Below are positions 1-11,225 of a stretch of DNA of 64,000 nt, piece by piece. This DNA comes from Pristiophorus japonicus (lineage: Eukaryota): assembly GCF_044704955.1 (NCBI RefSeq), contig NC_091984.1:146878001-146942000 (forward strand), written 5' to 3'. The stretch's first letter is position 1; every line of letters starts with the position of its first letter. A program made the position numbers and the translations under genes. The notes beneath the pieces are model-generated. The model did not search any database, had not been told where the DNA came from, and saw only the letters and a program-made list of their open reading frames with translations.

Positions 1-1880
1 TATTGCCCGCCCTACCGTGAAGTTATTATTTGGGGGCCTATAAACTACGCCCAACAGTGACTTTTTCCCCTTACTATCTCTAATCTCCACCCACAATGAT
101 TCAACATTTTGTTCATTCGAGCCAATATCGTCTCTCACAACTGCCCTATCATCCTTTATTAACAGAGCTACCACACCTCCTTTCCCTTCTTGTCTATCTT
201 TCCGAATTGTCAGACACCCCTGTATGTTTAATTCCCAGTCTTGGTCCCCCTGCAACCACGTTTCTGTAATGGCCACCAAATCATACCCATTTGTAATGAT
301 TTGTGCCGTCAACTCATTTACTTTATTTCGAATGCTGCATGCGTTTCGGTAGAGTGTTTTAACACTAGTTTTTAAACCATGATTTTTAGTTTTGACCCCT
401 CCTGCAGCCTCTTTATATTCATACATATTGTCCCTTCCTGTCACCTTGTGGTTTACACTTACCCCGGTGCTACTCTGCTCTGTTGCCTCCTGCCTTTTGC
501 ATTCTTTCTTGGGGTCCTATACATCTGAGCTCTCACCCACACTAACTAGCTCAGAGCCCTCTCCTGGGTTCCGAATACTCCTTGCATTGAGGCACCGAGC
601 TTTCATGCTTGCCTTTTTATTGAATTTTGACCCTTTAGAATTTTGCTGTACAGGGGCCCTTTTTGTTTTTTGCCTTGGGTTTCTCTGCCCTCCACTTTTA
701 CTCATCTCCTTTCTGTCTTTTGCTTTTGTCTCCATTTTGGTTCCCTCTGTCTCCCTGCATTGGTTCCCATCCCTCTGCCATTGTTTCCTGCTTTTCGTCT
801 GCCTCCTTTTTTTAATATGGGCATTACATTTGCAGTTTTCCAATCTGCTGGGATCTCCCCAGAATCCAGGGAATTTCGGTAAATTACAACCAATGCATCC
901 ACTATCCCTGTCGTTACTTCTCTTAAGACCCTTGGATGCAAGCCATCAGATCCAATGGATTTATCCGCCTTTAGTCCCACTATCTTACTGAGAACCACCT
1001 CCTTAGTGATTGTGATTGTGTGAAGTTCCTCTCCCCCCCCATAGACCCCTGACTATGCACTGTTGGGATATTTTTAGTGTCCTCTACTGTGAAGATTGCC
1101 TCAAAATATTTGTTCAGTGTTTCTGCCATCTCCCTGTTCCCCATGTTCCCCATCACTAATTCCCCGGTCTCGTCCTCTCAGGGACCAACATTTATTTTTG
1201 CCGCTCTTTTCCTTTTTATATACCTGTAGAAACTCTTGCTATCTGTTTTTATATTTTATACTAGTTTACTTTCATCTTCCCTTTCTTAATCATTTTTTAG
1301 TAATTCTTTGCTGGATCTTAAAAGCTTCTCAGTCTTTTGTCCTCCCACTAGTTTTGGCCACCTTGTATGCCCTTGTTTTTAAATTGGATACCGTCCTTTA
1401 TTTCTTTAGTTAGCCACGGATGGCTATCTTTTCTTTTACACCCTTTGCTCCTCACTGGAATATATTTTTCTTGAGAGTTGTGAAATATCTCCTTAAATGC
1501 ACACCACTGTTCATCAGCCGTCCTACACTTTAATCTATTTTCCCAGTCCACTTTAGCCAACTCTGCCCTCATACCTTTGTAGTCTCCTTTATTTAATCTT
1601 AGTATACTAGTTTGAGATTCAACTTTCTCGCCCTCGATCTAAATTTGAAATTCAACCATGATATGGTTACTCATTCTAAGGGGATCGTTTACTGGGAGAT
1701 TGTTATTAATCCTGTCTCATTGCACAAGACCAGATCTAAGATAGCCTGCACCCGGTTGGTTTCGTTACATACTGTACAAGGAACCCTTATGCACTCTATC
1801 AACTCTTCATCAAGGCTACCCTGACCAATTTGATTTGTCCAATCAATGTGTAGGTTAAAATCACCCACTACAATCATACC
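1..1880 (-). mobile_element. CR1-clade LINE fragments (ORF1/ORF2 junction, endonuclease-RT pieces), rearranged
   Basis: Minus-strand ORF pieces with typical CR1 ORF2 motifs: IVVGDFNLHIDW, QAILDLVLCNE, LKADKSIGSDGLHPRVL, IPADWKTANVMPILKKG. Confidence 0.85.
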
Positions 1881-2126
1881 ATGAGAACTTCAAGCGCGAG
1901 TTGCTCCAAGTGAGCGATGGCTTCGAGGTGGGTGATTGGGTGATGTCATCAGGACCCAGGTCGGCATTTGGAGCGTGGACAGGAACATCGGAGGACCCAG
2001 GTAAAGCAGAGGAGTGGGAAGGTCGCGGGGAGGTGTGGTGAGTGATCGAGATGGAGGAACGGTGAGGGATCGTGGCTGAGATTCAGTTGGTGATCGTGGC
2101 GGAAGTCCGGCAAATGTTTGGTGCGG

Positions 2127-2676
2127 AGGGGGAGGGAGGGGAGGGGAGGGAATGGGGGGGGGGGGAAGAGAGGGGAGGGAATGGGGGGGGGGGGGGAAGA
2201 GAGGGGAGGGAAGAGAGAGGGGAGGGAAGAGAAGAGAGGGGAGGGAAGAGAAGAGAGGGGAGGGAAGAGAAGAGAGGGGAGGGAAGAGAAGAGAGGGGAG
2301 GGAAGAGAAGAGAAGAGAGGGGAGGGAAGAGAAGAGAAGAGAGGGGAGGGAAGAGAAGAGAAGAGAGGGGAGGGAAGAGAAGAGAAGAGAGGGGAGGGAA
2401 GAGAAGAGAAGAGAGGGGAGGGAAGAGAAGAGAAGAGAGGGGAGGGAAGAGAAGAGAAGAGAGGGGAGGGAAGAGAAGAGAAGAGAGGGGAGGGAAGAGA
2501 AGAGAAGAGAGGGGAGGGAAGAGAAGAGAAGAGAGGGGAGGGAAGAGAAGAGAAGAGAGGGGAGGGAAGAGAAGAGAAGAGAGGGGAGGGAAGAGAAGAG
2601 AAGAGAGGGGAGGGAAGAGAAGAGAGGGGAGGGAAGAGAAGAGAGGAGAGGGAAGAGAAGAGAGGAGAGGGAAGAG
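2127..2676. repeat. Homopurine (GA-rich) satellite, 24-bp unit GAGGGGAGGGAAGAGAAGAGAAGA, running into an assembly gap
   Basis: Tandem repeat read directly; the ORF track shows an 8-aa period. Confidence 0.95.
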
Positions 2677-2876
2677 NNNNNNNNNNNNNNNNNNNNNNNN
2701 NNNNNNNNNNNNNNNNNNNNNNNNNNNNNNNNNNNNNNNNNNNNNNNNNNNNNNNNNNNNNNNNNNNNNNNNNNNNNNNNNNNNNNNNNNNNNNNNNNNN
2801 NNNNNNNNNNNNNNNNNNNNNNNNNNNNNNNNNNNNNNNNNNNNNNNNNNNNNNNNNNNNNNNNNNNNNNNNNNNN
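2677..2876. other. Assembly gap (200 N)
   Basis: Run of N. Confidence 1.
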
Positions 2877-3049
2877 GGAGCAGCTGAGTCGGCCAATGGG
2901 GAGTGAGAAGCGAGGGTCCAGCTGGAGGGACATGGCAGCAGGCAGGTCGACCTGGAAGGTAGGCCGAGGATGGGCGATGGGTAGTGGGACCTTGCGTTCG
3001 GGATTTTAGGGATTTAGGGGTCGGTAAAATACTTACACCGCAGTCAATC

Positions 3050-3922
3050 CACCTACGGCCCAAGCACCCAAGGCCCCACCCGACTGCTGGCCAAGAACGA
3101 GGAGACACCCATCAAGGACACTGAGGCAGTCAGGACCCGCTGGAAGGAACACTTTGAAGATCTCCTTAATCGAGAATCTGCCTTAGATCTGAGTGTCCTC
3201 GACTCCATCCCGCAGCATGCTACCCATCACATTCTCAGTAAAACCCCAGCCCTGCACGAGGTTGAAAAGGCCATCCATCGGCTGAAGAACAACAAGGCAT
3301 CGGGGACGGATGGAATCCCCGCTGAGGCATTAATGTATGGCAGAGCGTCACTATTGACATGAATGCATGACCTCATCCCTCTCATCTGGAAGGAGGAGAG
3401 CATGCCGGGAGATCGCAGAGATGCAGTAATCGTGATCCATCTTTAAAAAAGGGGACAAGTCCGACTGCGGCAACAGCAGAGGAATCTCCCTGTTATCAGC
3501 CATTGGGAAAGTCATCGCGAGAATCCTCCTCAACAGTCTTCTCCCTGTGGCTGAGGAGCTCCTGCCGGAGTCACAATGCGGATTCCGTCCACTACGGGGT
3601 ACAACGGACATGATATTTACAGCGCGACAACTGCAAGAGAAAAGCAGGGAACAGCACCAACCCTTGTCCATGGCCGCCTTTGACCTTACAATGGCCTTTG
3701 ACACTGTTAACCGCGAGGGTCTGTGGAGCGTTCTCCTCCGTTTCGGCTGCCCCCAAAAGTTTGTCGCCATTCTCAGCCTGTACCACGACAACATGCAAGC
3801 CGGGATCCTGACCAACGGATCCACCGTAGACGCAATCCACATTCGGACCGGAGTCAAGCATGGCTGCATCAATGCACAAACCCTATTCTCGATCTTCCTG
3901 ACTGCAATGCTCCACCTCACAC
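3050..3922 (+). mobile_element. RTE/BovB-like LINE reverse-transcriptase fragment
   Basis: ORF 3547-3939: LPESQCGFRPLRGTTDMIFTARQLQEK...FDLTMAFDTVNREGLW...GCPQKFV. Confidence 0.85.
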
Positions 3923-4220
3923 TATTGGAGAACCAATAGGAAGGAGCCATGTTTCTTGGTCCCTATTTGGGGATCAACAGGAAGGGGCCATGTTTCCTGG
4001 TTCCGATTGGGAGACCAATAGGAAGGAGCCATGTTTACTTGTCCCTGTTGGGGGACCAATAGGAAGGAGCCATGTTTTCTGGGCCTGATTGGAGGACCAA
4101 TAGGAAGGAACCATGGTTCCTGGTCCCTATTGGGGGACCAATAGAAAGGATCGATGTTTCCTGGTCCCTATTGGGGGACCTATAGGAAGGAGCCATGTTT
4201 TCTGGGCCCTATTGGAGAAT
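3923..4220. repeat. 41-bp minisatellite (about 7 copies), most units carrying CCAAT and ATTGG
   Basis: CCAAT or variant at 3933, 3974, 4015, 4056, 4097, 4138, 4179; an inverted copy lies at about 39287-39580. Confidence 0.9.
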
Positions 4221-4807
4221 CAGTGGGACATGGAGTCCATGGTGGACATGGAGTGTGCACCCTTCCTGTTGTGAATGTTGGATCGTTGGCATCTGATCCC
4301 AGTAAAAACACCCCGGAGCGGGGAAGGGATTCGAAGATGTTCTGAGCGGACAGGATGGGGCAGTGGGTCAGACCCTGTCCTGTTGTACCAGCTCACACTG
4401 ATGGGGTGAGGATCTCCTCCCTCTGCTGGGCCTTCATGAAATCAGCTTTCTGTCCAAACCGGTCCCCACTGAGAATAGGCCCACAGCACAGAACGGCTCT
4501 TAATTGGGCAATAAACAGCCAGGGTACTGAGAGAGGCCACGGGATGGCCACTGTGGGGAATGGGGCCTTACTCCAGGAGAAGGCATGTCTGGGGTCAAGG
4601 GTTAACATCCATTGGTGGGGCAGGGCACAGGGAGGTTTACTCTGCATTTCAGTGTGCTGCACTTGGGAGTCTGTGGGGAATGGAGAGTGAGAGGGAGTGA
4701 AACAGGGAGAGAGAGGCTATGAATCAGAGACAGAAAGGTGTAGAGGAAAGCTGTGAGACATAGGGCAATGAGAGAGGAACCGGGAAGGAGATGGAGGGAG
4801 AGAAGAA

Positions 4808-4904
4808 GAGGAAGTGAAATGTGCTGACGTGGCTTTCTCTGGGTGAAGACATTTACATACTGAGGGATGGGCAGTGAGACTCTCACAGGCTGCAGGTTTA
4901 TAAA
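4808..4904 (+). promoter_or_regulatory. IgL V promoter: ETS-IRF composite GGAAGTGAAA (4810-4819), CRE-like TGACGT (4825-4830), variant octamer ATTTACAT (4851-4858), TATAAA (4899-4904)
   Basis: Motifs read directly, 60-155 bp upstream of the leader ATG, in the order expected for a light-chain V promoter. Confidence 0.75.
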
Positions 4905-4963
4905 GCAGAGCCCAGTGAAGGGCAGTTTATCAGTAAGCAGGCACAGGGACAGGAGCAGACACC

Positions 4964-5012
4964 ATGATTTCACCCATCCAGCTGATCTGGCCTCTGGCAT
5001 TCTGCGTCGCAG
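4964..5012 (+). CDS. Ig light chain leader exon (MISPIQLIWPLAFCVA-G), phase-1 donor
   Basis: Kozak-like ACCATG, 16 hydrophobic codons plus G, then GTACGA donor. It splices in frame to the acceptor at 5198-5199, giving ...CVAGISG-DIIMTQ, a shark kappa-type leader. Confidence 0.93.
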
Positions 5013-5199
5013 GTACGAATCTCTCTCCTTCCACGTTTAATATCTCCTTGCTGTCGATTTCTGTCCAACTCTACTGACCAGTGATTGAAGGGCAAATGCT
5101 GACACTAGAGGAGAGCTCAGTGTCTCGAGCAATCTCTGATTTTACAGCGTCTTTCTGTGACAGTGCTTACTTCACTTTCTTTCCCCATTTCCCCCTCAG

Positions 5200-5498
5200 G
5201 TATCAGTGGGGACATCATCATGACCCAGTCTCCCCCGGTGCTGTCAGTGAGTGAGGGACAGACTGCAACCATCACCTGTACCGCCAGTGCATCCGCAAGC
5301 GGTGATGTTGAATGGTTCCAGCAGAAAGCCGGGCAGAAACCCACTCTGCTGATCTATGATGCAACATCTCGTTTCACTGGAACCTCCGATCGCTTCACCG
5401 GCAGTGAACAGTCCAACACGTTCACCCTGAGCATCAGCAACGTGCAGAGCGAGGATGTCGCAGACTATTACTGTCAGCAATCTGAGAGCTTCCCTTCA
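5200..5498 (+). CDS. IGKV: Ig kappa (type III/NS4-like) light chain V segment, germline and unjoined
   Basis: Open frame GISG-DIIMTQSPPVLSV...ATITC...WFQQKAGQKPTLLIY...EDVADYYCQQSESFPS with conserved Cys, Trp and YYC; polypyrimidine-CAG acceptor; followed by a 12-spacer RSS as in kappa loci. Confidence 0.96.
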
Positions 5499-5526
5499 CA
5501 CTGTGATACACAGCGGTACAAAAACC
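5499..5526 (+). other. V recombination signal sequence, 12-bp spacer
   Basis: Heptamer CACTGTG (5499-5505), spacer ATACACAGCGGT, consensus nonamer ACAAAAACC (5518-5526). Confidence 0.95.
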
Positions 5527-5533
5527 TCAATAT

Positions 5534-5797
5534 ACACAGCCCCACCTCCTGTACTGACTCACCCCACATTTATATATAATATATAATAATGGACACACAG
5601 CCCCACCTCCTGTACTGACTCACCCCACATTTATATATAATATATAATAATGGACACACAGCCCCACCTCCTGTACTGACTCACCCCACAGTTATATATA
5701 ATATATAATAATGGACACACAGCCCCACCTCCTGTACTGACTCACCCCACAGTTATATATAATATATAATAATGAACACACAGCCCCACCTCCTGTA
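5534..5797. repeat. 61-bp minisatellite (about 4.3 copies) with TGACTCA and an AT-rich tract
   Basis: CCCACCTCC recurs at 5541, 5602, 5663, 5724, 5785. Confidence 0.92.
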
Positions 5798-6069
5798 TGG
5801 TTTTACACATGACTGACACAGCTTGATGGGAGTGATGGCAGGAATATTCAGCTGGAAGCTGCAGTGAATTGGGAAAGGATGGAGTGGGTCAGAGAGGAGT
5901 TGGGGCTGTGTCTTCATCACTGAGAATCTCACAGCTCTACTCTGTACATTCAGACAGCACGGAGACACTGGGTGGTCCCTGTGTCCTCAATCCAAATAAT
6001 CTCACAAACCCCCCACTATTGAGAGGGGCACAACTTATAAAACCCAAAGTATAAACATGATAGGACAGT

Positions 6070-6605
6070 GAACAAGTGAAATGGTCGTGCTCTTTCCCTG
6101 CCCACCCCACACTCCAGGCCCTGCGGTGCCCAGCCGTCGCAGAAGGCTTCATGCCGACTCTGGGCTCCGTCCCCAGGTCCACCCGGGTGTGGACAAAGTC
6201 CCCGAAGGGAGACAGGCAGGCAGTGCGACCACCCCATGGGCCCCGTCCAACTGGGACCTGTGGATGGCCATCTCCGACCTGCCCACTCCACCCGCACCGG
6301 GTGACCAGACCCAGGAGCAGGCCCACGGGGAGGCCCTCCGACCTGCCCACTCCCCCGGCATTGGGTGGCCAGGCCCAGGAGCAGGCCCACGGGGAGGCCC
6401 TCCGACCTGCCCACTCCCCCGGCACTGGGTGACTAGGCCCAGGAGCAGCCCCATTGGGAGGCCCTCCGACCTGCCCACTCCCCCGGCATTGGGTGAACAG
6501 GCCCAGGAGCGTGGGACTGAAGTGGAGCCAGAAATCGAGGAGCAGCCCCTTCAAATAGTGGAAGAGGGGCTGCATCCTCTCACACTCCACGTACACACGA
6601 GTCAG
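6070..6605 (-). mobile_element. Tx1-like non-LTR retrotransposon ORF2 C-terminus with an internal 64-bp tandem expansion (about 4 copies, 6272-6510)
   Basis: VYVECERMQPLFHYLKGLLLDFWLHFSPTLL, GRSEGLPVGLLLGL, AFCDGWAPQGLEC; homologous to the Tx1-like piece at 51311-51598. Confidence 0.75.
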
Positions 6606-6885
6606 GGACTGAGGAAACAGGTTTCTAAAGCCCCTGAAACTCGTTATTTTATAATGATCCCCGAGGAAGGCCTGTGTCAGCAACACAAACATCTCGCTTG
6701 CAGACGGAGCCCGTTGTTCGAGGGGCACAAAGAGGTGAGCCCTGTGTGACGGGGACTTTCATTCTCCAGCAATTCCGTGGCCCCAGGGTTACCGTCTGAT
6801 GGGGCGGGAAGGGCAGCTGGGAGATTTGTCCCAAACACGTCGGATCCCCAACTCCCCCGGGCACTGCCACAGACAGCTCGGACAC

Positions 6886-7145
6886 AGGGAGAGGGAGGGA
6901 GAGAGAGAATGAGGGAGGGAGAGTGAGAGGGAGGGAAAGATAGATAGAGGGAGTGAGTGAGAGAGGGGGAGTGAGGGGAAGAGGCGGAGAGAGAGTGAAG
7001 GAGAAAGGGTGAGAGAGAGAGAGAGAAAAAATGAAGGAGAGAGTGAGAGAGAAACTGAGAGAGCAACAGATAGAGTGAGACGCTGAGAAAGAGACAGAGG
7101 GAGACACACACAGACAGAGAGAGGGGGAGAGAGACTGAGTGAGCC
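6886..7145. repeat. Degenerate (GA)n tract immediately 5' of the J RSS
   Basis: Direct inspection. Confidence 0.85.
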
Positions 7146-7154
7146 AGGGACGGA

Positions 7155-7193
7155 GTATATTGTACAGCCACTGCACTGGAAGCTGTCACTGTG
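7155..7193 (-). other. J recombination signal sequence, 23-bp spacer, degenerate nonamer
   Basis: Consensus heptamer CACTGTG (7187-7193), 23-bp spacer (7164-7186), nonamer GTATATTGT versus consensus GGTTTTTGT. Confidence 0.88.
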
Positions 7194-7228
7194 GCTCACG
7201 TTCGGTAAAGGAACCAAGCTCAGACTGA
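7194..7228 (+). CDS. IGKJ: Ig light chain J segment (LTFGKGTKLRL)
   Basis: FGXGT motif; perfect GTAAGT donor at 7229-7234, phase 1, in frame with the C exon. Confidence 0.95.
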
Positions 7229-7344
7229 GTAAGTAAACCCCAATGCTCCGTTATTAACACTTTAAATACTGAATCTTTCTAAGACACAAATGCTGAATAT
7301 GCGAAGGTATTAGTTTACGTATGATTACACTCGATCCTCACATC

Positions 7345-7755
7345 TTTCCTCATCTAAATCTATCAGTATAACACCCTATTCCCTTCTCCCTCATATCCCT
7401 GTCTAGCCTCCCCTTAAATACATCGATACTATTCACTTCAATCACTCCCTGTGGTAGCCAGTTCCACATTCTCACCACTTGCTGGGTAAAGAATTTTATC
7501 CTGAATTCCCGATTGGATTTCTTGCTGACTATCTTATATTGATGGCCTCTAGTTCTGCTCTTCCCCACAAGTGGAAACACTCTCTCTGTATCCACTCTAT
7601 CAAAACCTTTCCTAATGTTAAAGACCTCTATCAGGTCACCCCTCAGCCTCAAGAGAAAAGAGCCCCAGCCTGTCCATCCTTTCCTGATATGTACACCCTC
7701 GCATTTCTGGTCCCATCCTTGTAAACCTTCTCTGCACCCTCTCCAGTGCCTCTGT
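7345..7755 (-). mobile_element. CR1 3' fragment
   Basis: RLRGDLIEVFNIRKGFDRVD...RTRGH...FFTQQVVRMWN. Confidence 0.85.
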
Positions 7756-8311
7756 ATGGGTTATATAATATGGTGGGGAGCTGCGGTGAATGAAAGGGTT
7801 AATTGAAGAGTGCTGTGTATGACAGGGAGCCCGGCTGTATTCCTTTACCCACACTCCCCCTTCACCCAGCAAAGTATAAGTAACGAACTGTTACCCACCG
7901 TGTGGAGGAGATCTGGACGTTGGCACACTGCGGTCCCATCCCTGCACCATCCCCGGAAATCGCTCCCAAGCCTCCTGCCTGTCTCAGTGTGACAGACACG
8001 GTGTGTGAGACACGGGCAGAGTGTGGGTGTGAGTGAGTGAGCTCGCTGGGGGCAGTCTGTGCTCCTGTCACAGTCTCTGATATAACTGAGCTCAGCCTCA
8101 GCACACTGACACTCCCGAGGTCCCGCCTCCCCCAGCTCCAACTCTGATCTGTCCAGCCCCCGCTCACCTCCTGTCCAACTTCTGATCACAAACAGGGGCA
8201 GCAGGGCTCGCAATCCGGCGGCTGCAGTGCTCCAGGGTTGTGGGGAGACTCTCAGTTGCTGTTTCTGTGGCTCGAGTACAGGCCGATATTTATCCCTTGA
8301 CCAACATCACT

Positions 8312-9978
8312 TAAACATAGAAAATAGGAGCAGTAGTAGGCCATTCGGCCCTTCGAGTCTGCACTGCCATTCAATATGATCATGTCTGATCCCCTATCTC
8401 CACCATATTCCCGCTTTTTCCCTATACCCTTTGATCCCTTTTGTTTCTAGAAATCCCTCTTTCTGCCTCTTAAATATATTCAGTGACTTGGCCTCCACAG
8501 CCTTCTGTGGTGGAGAATTCCACAGGTTCACCACCCTCTGACTGAAAATATTTCTCCTCATCTCGGTCCTAAATTTCCTACCACGTATCCTGAAATTGTG
8601 ACCACTTATTCTAAACTTCCCAGCCCGGGAAAACTTCCTCCCCATCCAGTCTATCCAACCCAGTCAGAATTTTATACGTTTCACTGAGATCCCCTCATTA
8701 TTCTAAACTCTAGTGACTGCAGGCCCAGTCGACCAAATCTCTTTTTATACGACAGTCCTGTCATCCCAGGAATCAGTCTGGTGAACCTTCGCTGCACTCC
8801 CTCTATGGCAAGGATATCCTTTCTTAGGTAAGGAGACCAAAGCTGCACATAATACTCCAGGTGCGGTCTCACCAAGGCCCTGTAGAAAGACCTCGTTGCT
8901 CCTGTACTCAAATCCTCTTGCAATGAAGGCCAACGTACCATTTGCTTTCCTAACTGCTTGCTGCACCTGCATGTTTGCTTTCACTGACTGGTGTACAAGG
9001 ACACCCAGGTCCCTCTGTACATCGACACTTCACAAACCATCACCATTTAAATAATACTTTGTCCTTATGTTTATCCTACCAAAGTGGATAGCTTCACATT
9101 TATCCACAATATATTACATCTGCCATGTGTTTGCTCACTCACTCAACCTATCTAAATCTCCTTGCAGTTTCATTGCATCCTCCTCACAACTCATAATCCC
9201 ATCTAATTTTGTGTCGTCAGCAAACTTGGAAATATTACATTTGGTTCCCTCATTCAAATCATTTATTTATACATTGTGAATATCTGGGGCCCAAGCACTG
9301 ATCCCTGTGGTACCCCACTCGTCACTGCCCGCCACCCTGAAACACACCCATTTATTCCGACTGTTTCCTGTCAGTTAACCAATTTTCAATCCATGCCAAT
9401 ACATTACCCACAATCCTATGTGCTTTAATTTTGCACACTAAACTCTTATGTGGGATTTTTATCGAAAGCCTTCTGAAAATCCAAATACACTACATCCACT
9501 GGTTCTCCATTATATATTCTATCAGTTAGATCCTCAAAAAACTCCAGTAGGTTCCTTTCATAAATCCACGTGACTGTCTTTAACCCCGTTGATGTTATCT
9601 AAGTGCACCGTTATCACATCCTTTATAATAGACTCCAGCATTTTCCCTATTAATGACCGGTCTGTCGTTCCCCGTTCTTTCTCCCTCCTTTTTTAAATAG
9701 TGGGGTTACATTTGCCACCCTCCAATCTGCAGGAATTGTTCCATAATCTATAGAATTTTGGAAGATGACAATCAATGTATCTACTATTTCCATGGCTACC
9801 TCTTTTGATACTCTGGGATGCAGATCATCAGACCCTGGGGATTTATCGGCCTTCAGGCCCATTAGTTTCTCCAGCACTATTTTCTTACTAATAATCATTT
9901 CCTTTAATTCCTCTTGTTCACTGGACCCATGGTTCACGAGCATTTCTGGGAAGTTATTTGTATCCTCCTCCGTGAAGA
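8312..9978 (-). mobile_element. CR1 LINE, RT region to 3' end
   Basis: LVRPHLEYYVQLWSPYL, DKSPGSDDLHPRV, and the CR1 3' tail near 8312-8400. Confidence 0.85.
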
Positions 9979-10957
9979 GATCATTTACCTCATTGCTGTG
10001 TGTGGGAGCTTGCTGTCCACAAATTGGTTCCCGTGTTGGCCACATTACAACAGTGACTACACTTCAAAATGTACTTCATTGGCTGTGAAGCACTTTGGGA
10101 CATCCTGAGGTGTGAAAGGCGCTATATAAATGCAGGTCTTTCTTTAATTTCTCTTTTCTTTTTATTAACTGGGACTCGCACAATTCCCCTGCTGATTAAA
10201 CCTGGAACCAGCAGAAAATCCCCAGAACACGGACTAATGTTCCATAAGAACATGGGAATTAGGAGCAGGAGGAGTCCATTTGGCCCCTCGAGCCTGCTCC
10301 GCCATTCAATGAGATCATGGCTGATCTTCTACCTCAACTCCACTTTCCTGCACTGTCCCCATATCCCTCGATTCCCTGAATATCCAAAAATCTATCGATC
10401 TCCGGAATATACTCAAGGACTGAGCCTCCACAGCCCTCTGGGGTAGAGAATTCCAGAGATTTACCACCCTCTGAGTGAAGAGGTTTCTCCTCATCTCAGT
10501 CCTAAATGGCCGACCCCTTATTCTGAGACTGTGACCCCTGGTTCTAGACTCCCCAGCCAGAGGAAACATCCTCCCTGCATCTACACTGTCAAGCCCTGTC
10601 AGAATTTTGAATGTTTCAATGAGATCCCCGCTCATTCTTCTAAACACGAGAGAATATAGGCCGAGTATACTCAATCTCTCCATAGGACAATCCCCCCATC
10701 CCAGATGTCCGTCTGATGTGTCTGCCTATTTGTCACACGTGACGGAGCATACAGCAGGAGTTCCACCAGCAACACAGGATGTTACCTCAGTGCCCGGCCC
10801 ACTTTCCCCATCCACTTACCACATTCTTACAGGTAAACGGGCTCAGCACCTGCCCTCGGCCGGTGAAATGTCTCCCCTCTACACCACAGACTGCCCGTCA
10901 TCTGCTCACCATCTCACTCCTGAAGGCACGACCTCTGGCTGGGGCAAAGCTCCCCTC

Positions 10958-11225
10958 CCCAAGTGGGCTCACTGTCCCAGTGTGAGCCCAGAGACTGAGC
11001 TCCCCAAGTGGGCTCACTGTCCCAGTGTGAGCCCAGAGACTGAGCTCCCCAAGTGGGCTCACTGTCCCAGTGTGAGCCCAGAGACTGAGCTCCCCAAGTG
11101 GGCTCACTCTCCCAGTGTGAGCCCAGAGACTGAGCTCCCCAAGTGGGCTCACTCTCCCAGTGTGAGCCCAGAGACTGAGCTCCCCAAGTGGGCTCATTGT
11201 CCCAGTGTGAGCCCAGAGACTGAGC
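10958..11225. repeat. 45-bp hairpin minisatellite, 6 copies, in the J-C intron
   Basis: Unit CCCAAGTGGGCTCACTGTCCCAGTGTGAGCCCAGAGACTGAGCTC with a 9-bp inverted repeat TGGGCTCAC/GTGAGCCCA. Confidence 0.95.

Noticed and set aside
1890-3108. Several 260-350 aa ORFs
   Set aside because: Artefacts of the GA satellite and the N gap.
5937-6749. Overlapping long ORFs between V and J
   Set aside because: Explained by a GC-rich Tx1-like fragment with a 64-bp expansion; no D segment or additional RSS was seen.
8160-8215. Antisense leader-like exon (RALLPLFVIRSWTG then GTGAG)
   Set aside because: No ATG and no downstream Ig-like exon; could be chance.
10958-11225. CRISPR-like palindromic repeat array (also 21781-22228)
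   Set aside because: Units are contiguous with no unique spacers, there are no cas genes and the context is vertebrate; it is a minisatellite. The PKWAHCPSVSPETEL ORFs are by-products.
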